A DNA stretch of 64,000 bases from Gammaproteobacteria bacterium (lineage in GTDB: Bacteria > Pseudomonadota > Gammaproteobacteria > SZUA-152). The notes under the pieces are model-generated. The model saw only the letters and a program-made list of their open reading frames with translations. It made no database searches and had not been told where the DNA came from. The stretch lies in NCBI GenBank assembly GCA_029882975.1, contig JAOUJW010000003.1:67090-131089 (forward strand), given 5' to 3'. Every line of letters starts with the position of its first letter. Position 1 is the stretch's first letter. Positions 57,997 to 64,000 of the stretch are shown here, piece by piece. The position numbers were made by a program, and so were the translations under genes.

Positions 57997-58917
57997 TCAT
58001 TCTGTATGCTTGTTGATGACGAAGCCGCCATGGGTGTAAAAGGATTGGGCGTCCATGGTTTTTCCGGACAAAGTCCATTCATAACGGTATCCGGATACCG
58101 GTTTGTGATTGGAAAAAGTCACTTGGTTGACCTTGCTTTGTTTCTCGCCAATCAAAGTTCGTTCTTCACTTTTTACCAGTTGTAGTGTGATGTGGTAACT
58201 GTCAGCTTTAGCAACGGTAGGCCACTGCAGCACTAATGCGTTATCGCTTGCGCTTACCTGCATGGAGGCATAAGGCTTGCTGATTTTAGCGGCCTGGCCG
58301 AAAAATCCTATACCCGGTTTGGCGTGCTCCTGATAAAAGATCTTATCGCTGTCCTGATAAGTCGCAACGGTAAACGCCGTAACTTTAGCGAGTTGGGGCT
58401 CGGAATGTCCTGAGGGATTCTGCAGCGTCGGCACCAGCAGGACGGTTACAGCAATTAACGCTGTGGCTGCAAGCGCATTGGCCCACAGGGGTGGTCGAAG
58501 GCATAGAGCTTGTTTAAGTGTTTCCAATATTCCGGTACGCTGCGTGCCGGAATGTTGTTGAGGTTTAAGCGGGGTATGCGCCGCTAAAGCCCGTTTCATG
58601 GCTGTGCTATGGGATGCGTAGTGAAGGGCGGCTTTGAGTGTTGCCGGGTTTTTTTGTAACTGTTTCTGCACTTCCTCGTCGTCCAGAAGTTTGTCCACAT
58701 AAGCTTCTATGCGATATGTCGCCGTGTCATCCGGTTGTAAAGAACCATCTGATAGTCTGCTGCGGATGGCGGACAAGGTGCCGGCTTGTTGGCGACACCG
58801 GGGGCATTGGGCCAAGTGTACACTTAGCTTCTGGAAGTCCGGGTGGTCGGGTTGCATGACAAATCCGCTGAGGGATTCCAAGTCCGGGTGTTGTTCCTGT
58901 TGACTGGAGTTGTGCAT
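57997..58917 (-). CDS. Putative zinc-finger (ZAS-type) transmembrane anti-sigma factor
   Basis: HP...L..F and HLAQCPRC (HxxxCxxC); one TM segment (ALAATALIAVTVLLV); C-terminal FN3-like beta domain. Confidence 0.72.
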   Translation of the reverse strand: MHNSSQQEQHPDLESLSGFVMQPDHPDFQKLSVHLAQCPRCRQQAGTLSAIRSRLSDGSLQPDDTATYRIEAYVDKLLDDEEVQKQLQKNPATLKAALHYASHSTAMKRALAAHTPLKPQQHSGTQRTGILETLKQALCLRPPLWANALAATALIAVTVLLVPTLQNPSGHSEPQLAKVTAFTVATYQDSDKIFYQEHAKPGIGFFGQAAKISKPYASMQVSASDNALVLQWPTVAKADSYHITLQLVKSEERTLIGEKQSKVNQVTFSNHKPVSGYRYEWTLSGKTMDAQSFYTHGGFVINKHTE

Positions 58918-58968
58918 ATCAGGTTCCTTTACCTACTATTTGCCGCTTCTGTTTGCATATGGTTTAAA

Positions 58969-58994
58969 AGACCCGAAAATTGATAATTTTTGAA
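58969..58994 (-). promoter_or_regulatory. Candidate ECF-type promoter, copy 1 (anti-sigma/caspase operon)
   Basis: Minus strand reads TTCAAAA-attatcaattttcgg-GTCT. Confidence 0.65.
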
Positions 58995-59005
58995 CAGAAT
59001 TCACT

Positions 59006-59917
59006 TTAACTGGACTCCATTAATTTTTCCAATTTGGCCAAGGTTTTACGTCGAAAATAGTATAGGTGCTGGCGATTGGTCTGTTGGGGTGGTACTCCAT
59101 CTTTAATACGAATATCCAGTTTTTCCAAAGCGTTCAGCACATCATTAGCATCTTGTTGGTCCATGACCATGGATTCCAGCACAAATTGTTCCGTCGGATT
59201 TAATAGCTGCCAAGCCTGGTGTAAGGCGTCGTGGTCAGCGGTTTGTTCCAGTGATGGGCTTGCATCAGCCGGTTCCATTTCAGTTTCATTACCGTCATAG
59301 TCCTGGCTTAGAGATATGGTGCTGGGTGGATTGAGCAAATGCAGACGATTTTTTTGCGTTAGGGTCACTATTATTTTGCGACAGAGGATCTCCGTATCCG
59401 CTTCACTTAAACTCAGTTTTTGTGCGATCAGGGCAATATTGTCTCCGCTGCGCAGGGCCAGGAATGCGCTGCCGGCCTGAGGACCCATGGATTGTATGTA
59501 GGTAGGAACGTGCACTTTGCGGCCGAAACGCCAGTTTTTCCAGCGTTCGTAGAACGGTAGGGAGTTGGCGATATGGTACATATAGTTGTTTAGGCTGGCG
59601 CCATTGTCACCACGGTATTGCTGTAATCTCTTGGCGTTGCTCAGGTCGTCCAGCATCCAGGCGTAGCTGGCGTTACCCCATTCACAAAGTGCGGCACCTG
59701 ATGCCGGTGTGCCCCAGGGTTTGGGTAAGGTGCAGGTATAGATAAATTGATTTTCCTTGCAGAAGCGTTTGCAAAAGCGGTCCGTTTGAAAACGGATAAT
59801 GGGGTCCAGGAACTGATTAACGCGGCTGCGCGCCACCGGATCACCGGCGGCGGCTTGCTGAGCCAGCAAAATCTGCTCGTCGCGGTTTGAGAGAGGTTCT
59901 TGATTACCGGTGTCCAA
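59006..59917 (-). CDS. Atypical sigma-70-family (ECF-like) sigma factor
   Basis: LAQQAAAGDPVA (start of region 2), QYRG..ASL..Y...IA (2.3/2.4-like), LHQAWQLL...EQ.VL and YYFRRKTLAKL (region 4-like); lies upstream of the anti-sigma gene. Confidence 0.7.
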   Translation of the reverse strand: MDTGNQEPLSNRDEQILLAQQAAAGDPVARSRVNQFLDPIIRFQTDRFCKRFCKENQFIYTCTLPKPWGTPASGAALCEWGNASYAWMLDDLSNAKRLQQYRGDNGASLNNYMYHIANSLPFYERWKNWRFGRKVHVPTYIQSMGPQAGSAFLALRSGDNIALIAQKLSLSEADTEILCRKIIVTLTQKNRLHLLNPPSTISLSQDYDGNETEMEPADASPSLEQTADHDALHQAWQLLNPTEQFVLESMVMDQQDANDVLNALEKLDIRIKDGVPPQQTNRQHLYYFRRKTLAKLEKLMESS

Positions 59918-60003
59918 AACGTGGGTTCCGCCATGAATAGTGAAATTATTGGCAACTCATAGAGTCGGCACAAGTTTCTATTATAGTCGGTGTGGTAAAA
60001 GGC

Positions 60004-61938
60004 TCATGGATTGTATAGAAACCATCCGGATACCACTCCTTGTTCCACTTTCACTGCCAGTCCGTAGTGGTCATAGGCCAGATATTCGCCACTGGACAGA
60101 TGAATCTGTCGGTTGGGAATTCCCAAAGCTTTTACCGGTCGGTCGGCGTTGTCTCCAATGGCAATTCGGTTCAGGACTTTGGAAGAACTGCTGTCCAGCC
60201 AGGCGTTGACTATCGTGGCGTCCGGTCCCACGATAAACCGACTGCCATCCTGGAAACGCAATACTCGAAATTGCTCGCCTTCTATCCACAAGTCCGTGCT
60301 TTTGGCCTGAGCCAATTTTCCGGAGCTGAGGTTGTCCCCTAAACGCAATCCTTTTATGGTTGGGGCGTGTTGCACGGGTTTTTGCTTATGGGAGGTTTGT
60401 AATTGTCCAAGAGCTAACCGGAATAACAAGCTGTTTCCTGATGATTTGGCTTGATTGGCCAGTTGATTCCAAACCTGGGTGGCTTTGTCTGCTTTATTTT
60501 GGTGTCGAGCCAGTGCGGCGTAGTTATAGTAGGCGCTAAACAACAATAAGTTAGGACTCATGCTACCGCTTGTGTGTTGAGGCTTGCCCGGGCGGTTTTG
60601 ATCAGTGTATTTGAGTACGCGCTTGAATAGCTTGGTGGCTCTGGTGCTATTACCTTCTAAGGCATTGGTCATTGCAAGCAATAGATCTGTGCTACCAGAG
60701 GCTTTAAAAAGAGGTATGGTTTTGCCCTGGATAACACCCCTGGCCATATAAGTATTACCCTGTAGCAGATAGGTAATGGCTAACAAGTGGTAGCCGGCGG
60801 GATGATCCGGTTCCAATTTTATCGCTTTTTCGAAGTAGTGGATGCTTTGTCGGGCGTTTTCATCCAGTTGTTTTTTCAACTGCTGCAGAACCGCAGGGCC
60901 ACCACGTTTGAGTACGGCTTGCCGGGGGGTGGCTTCCGCGTCCGTGTCCAATAACAGGGGGTAGTAAAAGTCCGGTTGTTTTAGAAATCCGTCCTGAATC
61001 ATGCGTTTTTGAATTTTCAGAGCTTCTGCCAGGTAGGTTAAACCCAGTGCAGACAGCACCGCTCGGGAAGGGTACTGGCGCCCATAAGCCGTGAAGTACC
61101 TGCGGGCCTCGAGGTGGTTCGCGGCAATAAAGTTTTGTACACCCATTTCATACAGCATGGCTTGTGATGCGGCATTGTGCAATTGTGCGCCGGCCCGTAG
61201 AGCGCGCGAGTGCGCTTGTTTGCAGGCTTTTGATGCGGCGGAATCGTTATCTGAAACTATACAGGAGTTGCCCCAAATATTTTCCACCCAAGCGGTGAAA
61301 AAATCTTTTTTATCCAGAATCTGGTAAGGATCGTAACCCACGCTGGCCATTAGGATGAGGCCGTCGTGATCCGCCTGGGCCTCTTTTTGTTCAATGTCGT
61401 TCATGAGTTTGGAATCGACATTCAGTCCCCGCAGCATTTTGCGACGCAGTTCCGGGCTTTGGTTGCCAATCAGACGGAAAAATCGTTGATGCCATAAATC
61501 GTCGGCGCGTTGATGCGACAACTCATGGGATAGCACAAAGGCTAGCAAATGGCCGGCCCGCTGCTTGCCGAAACTCAAACAGGTGTTAATGGCTTCCAGG
61601 CTGAGCAAAATATTGCCATCCGCCAGTGATGCGGCCCAGGGCCCGGCGCTGGAGTCCACTACATAAAGGCTGGGCTCCAGGCGGGAACTGTCCCAGGAAC
61701 GCAACAGGACGGAAAAAATATTTTGAGCATATTGTGCCAGGGAATTATTTTGTGGGTCGACCGTATGGGGTTTCCAGTAATTAATGGATTGTGTGGGGTC
61801 ATCCGGTGGTGCCAGCGTTTTGCTATGAGCTGTGGGAAGGTACAGGCAAAAAACCAGCAGTAGTGAAATCGAGAACGATAAAAGCGAGCGGGCGGAAAAC
61901 GGTAAAGAAGTGGCTTGGTGTGCCGGCTTTTGGTTCAT
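60004..61938 (-). CDS. Exported M48-family zinc metalloprotease with TPR repeats and a C-terminal domain
   Basis: Signal peptide; A..L.DG.I; LAFVLSHELSH (HExxH); E..AD..G......GYDP; TPR helices. Confidence 0.85.
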   Translation of the reverse strand: MNQKPAHQATSLPFSARSLLSFSISLLLVFCLYLPTAHSKTLAPPDDPTQSINYWKPHTVDPQNNSLAQYAQNIFSVLLRSWDSSRLEPSLYVVDSSAGPWAASLADGNILLSLEAINTCLSFGKQRAGHLLAFVLSHELSHQRADDLWHQRFFRLIGNQSPELRRKMLRGLNVDSKLMNDIEQKEAQADHDGLILMASVGYDPYQILDKKDFFTAWVENIWGNSCIVSDNDSAASKACKQAHSRALRAGAQLHNAASQAMLYEMGVQNFIAANHLEARRYFTAYGRQYPSRAVLSALGLTYLAEALKIQKRMIQDGFLKQPDFYYPLLLDTDAEATPRQAVLKRGGPAVLQQLKKQLDENARQSIHYFEKAIKLEPDHPAGYHLLAITYLLQGNTYMARGVIQGKTIPLFKASGSTDLLLAMTNALEGNSTRATKLFKRVLKYTDQNRPGKPQHTSGSMSPNLLLFSAYYNYAALARHQNKADKATQVWNQLANQAKSSGNSLLFRLALGQLQTSHKQKPVQHAPTIKGLRLGDNLSSGKLAQAKSTDLWIEGEQFRVLRFQDGSRFIVGPDATIVNAWLDSSSSKVLNRIAIGDNADRPVKALGIPNRQIHLSSGEYLAYDHYGLAVKVEQGVVSGWFLYNP

Positions 61939-61995
61939 GAGTGTAACCCCGTGATCAATTCATTTGCAGTGGATACACCACCTCTGCAGTTAAAG

Positions 61996-62021
61996 AGACT
62001 GCGAAACCTGCCGCATTTGAA
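61996..62021 (-). promoter_or_regulatory. Candidate ECF-type promoter, copy 2 (M48-TPR gene)
   Basis: Minus strand reads TTCAAAT-gcggcaggtttcgca-GTCT. Confidence 0.65.
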
Positions 62022-62086
62022 AATTTTCTGCATATTTTTATCAGCACATCGAGGGGAGTCGATCTCGGGATTATTATCGTTATTAT

Positions 62087-62806
62087 TCAATTGCTTATGG
62101 TTCCGTCTAGGTATTGGCGGCGCAGTGTGTGGGGTAGTTTTTCGATCGCATAGCGCAGCATGGTTCTGGGCATATTATGATATCGTCGGCACAAAAGGCT
62201 CTGCAGTTGATCATCGTCTCGCTTACCGATTTCCCGCAACATCCACCCCACGGCTTTATGTATTACGTCCTCGGGGTCATGTAAAAATTGCTCGGTTAAT
62301 TGCAAAGTATCAGTAAATTGCCCCGCTTGTATAAATCGATAGATCGCGATGACGGCAATGCGGTGTTCCCACAGGCTTTTCGATTGAGCCAGTGTGTACA
62401 ACACACGACGTTGTGTTTTAGAAAATAACAACAAATAGTCACCATCTATTTTATGCGCAGAGACATCTACCAGGTCCCAGTTGTTCACCTGCTGTCGGTG
62501 CTCCCTATATAATGCGTAAACCCTTTGTTTGTATTTTCTTATATGATAGTGCTGGATCAGTAATACTAATGCTGGAAAACGCTCCTCATGATACCTGGAG
62601 TATAGCAAGCTCTGAACCCTGTCCAGGGACAGTTGTTTGTTCTGCTTGGCAAAGCGGCGAATCTGCGGCACCGTAATACCCGGAAAACAGTCGCCATGAC
62701 CGTTCTCACCCGGCGCGGTTTTAAAAAACCGTTGCTGTTGTTGGGCTTTTTCCGAGTCTTTGAGCTGACGAAATTGATGCTGAATGGTTGTTATTAAGTC
62801 AGGCAT
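62087..62806 (-). CDS. DNA alkylation repair protein (AlkD-like HEAT-repeat family)
   Basis: FFKT.PGE..GD.F.G..VP, NNWDLVD, HKAVGWMLRE.GK and MPRTMLRYAIEK. Confidence 0.88.
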   Translation of the reverse strand: MPDLITTIQHQFRQLKDSEKAQQQQRFFKTAPGENGHGDCFPGITVPQIRRFAKQNKQLSLDRVQSLLYSRYHEERFPALVLLIQHYHIRKYKQRVYALYREHRQQVNNWDLVDVSAHKIDGDYLLLFSKTQRRVLYTLAQSKSLWEHRIAVIAIYRFIQAGQFTDTLQLTEQFLHDPEDVIHKAVGWMLREIGKRDDDQLQSLLCRRYHNMPRTMLRYAIEKLPHTLRRQYLDGTISN

Positions 62807-62865
62807 GTTCAGAGTTCCTCAGATTCTCATCAAAACGGAATTATTTCACATTTTAACGCTTAGCT

Positions 62866-62891
62866 TTCAAATGGAAGCCCGTTTGTCGTCT
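62866..62891 (+). promoter_or_regulatory. Candidate ECF-type promoter, copy 3 (lipoprotein gene)
   Basis: Plus strand reads TTCAAAT-ggaagcccgtttgtc-GTCT. Confidence 0.65.
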
Positions 62892-62949
62892 GTTCATAGC
62901 AGTAACTCAAGGATTTAATCCAAATAAAATGTCTAACTGGAGAATAGCA

Positions 62950-64000
62950 ATGTCAAGCGTGAAAACATTTAATCCCAAACGTATCTTTAATAGAAAACTG
63001 TTGTTGCTGCCTTTAGCGGTATCCGCATTGGTGTTTTCCGGGTGCGGTACCGAGCCGAGTAGTTCCGCGGATGGTCAAGCCCAGTTTTTGCAGATGGGCT
63101 TGCCCGACAGTATGACCGGAGGCCAGGTGCAAATGGCAGTCGGTGCGCATTCGCAAGGGCAGCCATGCGCATACATAGGGGTTGGCAATGATGATCCTTT
63201 TAAGAATGGTTACAATATGAGTAAAATGCTGGTTTCTGCTGTGGCCACCTGGACCTGTATTACAGATACCTTGATTCATGTCTCGGACATTTATGAGCAC
63301 GACGGTGTAGTCCATCCTACGGATAACGATCCCGCATCCGGTACTTATCGGTCCCAGGACCCAACTCATTACAGTATCACTGATGATTCAGGCACACAGG
63401 TTAGTATTCGCCTCTATTACGGTTATGATCACAGTACGCCGCCGGTTCCGGGAGTGGCTGATCCTGGTTTTTATATTTCCTGGAACACCGCGGACAGCGG
63501 TGATATCGAGGGCAAGTTGATTGTCGATGGTTTAGCGATCAACTCCGATAACCGAAAAACGGACGACCCTACCATGATGCGCTTGGATTTTAATTACACC
63601 GGTGTACAAAAACAGGCCACCATGTATTTAGCATTTGATGCTGGAAATCGTTGGGCGGATGGGTTTCGCATCGAGGTCACAAAAGATCTGACGGCTCCGG
63701 ACGGACAAGTGTTTTTGGCCAGAGGTATGATAGAAATGAAACAACAGTTTCTGCCGGTAGCCGGTATTTCTGAATTACCGGTTTTGCAAATGGTATCGGT
63801 ATCAAACGCATTGGGACGAGGCGCCACAGTTGCGAATTTTGAAGATGTTTCCTTGCCTTTGATGTTGAACCCGCAAACCAATAACAATCTAGGTGACTAT
63901 TTGTTTTCAAAAAAAGATCAGTACTATTTTCGCGGTGACGGTTCTTGGGAATATATACAAAAGGATATTTCAACCGCCCAGTATCGAGGTAACCGCAACA
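62950..64000 (+). CDS. Hypothetical lipoprotein, 3'-truncated by the window edge (absent from the ORF track)
   Basis: GGAG RBS; my translation MSSVKTFNPKRIFNRKLLLLPLAVSALVFSG-CGTEP stays open to the end of the window. Confidence 0.8.
   Translation, partial: MSSVKTFNPKRIFNRKLLLLPLAVSALVFSGCGTEPSSSADGQAQFLQMGLPDSMTGGQVQMAVGAHSQGQPCAYIGVGNDDPFKNGYNMSKMLVSAVATWTCITDTLIHVSDIYEHDGVVHPTDNDPASGTYRSQDPTHYSITDDSGTQVSIRLYYGYDHSTPPVPGVADPGFYISWNTADSGDIEGKLIVDGLAINSDNRKTDDPTMMRLDFNYTGVQKQATMYLAFDAGNRWADGFRIEVTKDLTAPDGQVFLARGMIEMKQQFLPVAGISELPVLQMVSVSNALGRGATVANFEDVSLPLMLNPQTNNNLGDYLFSKKDQYYFRGDGSWEYIQKDISTAQYRGNRN

Noticed and set aside
62066..62088. Fur-box-like GATAAT repeats
   Set aside because: Only about 12/19 match, in AT-rich sequence.
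53..63973. The many short ORFs nested in or antisense to the called genes
   Set aside because: Shadow frames with no motifs or RBS support.
1..64000. CRISPR arrays, rRNA, tRNA, transposases, integrases or phage genes
   Set aside because: No regularly spaced direct repeats or recognisable motifs seen by eye. A covariance-model scan was not possible.

Overview
A 64 kb stretch of bacterial chromosome, about 50% GC by eye. Gene content suggests a motile sulfur-oxidising gammaproteobacterium (inferred, not proven). Recognisable parts: (i) a TPR gene cut by the left edge, followed by a secreted TPR-CHAT protease; (ii) an extracellular electron-transfer cluster with MtrA/MtoA-type decaheme, MtrB porin and diheme c4 behind a class II FNR-type promoter, divergent from an unusual Reeler-PKD protein with five tandem monoheme cytochrome domains; (iii) norQ/norD-like genes without their usual client; (iv) housekeeping, chemotaxis and c-di-GMP genes, several with sigma28-like promoters; (v) a SoxB-like metallohydrolase, soeABC-moaA divergent from qmoAB-hdrCB, a cytochrome c peroxidase-like/DAHL-GGDEF-EAL pair and a periplasmic DsrE protein. 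The best candidate for an undescribed system is at the right end: an atypical sigma factor, a zinc-finger anti-sigma, an exported caspase-like protease, an exported M48-TPR metalloprotease, an outer-membrane barrel, a DUF4384 protein and a divergent lipoprotein. A shared motif, TTCAAAW-N15-GTCT, occurs in three of its intergenic regions and looks like the cognate promoter. No rRNA, tRNA, CRISPR array or transposase was seen. All family calls come from motif recognition by eye, not from database searches.
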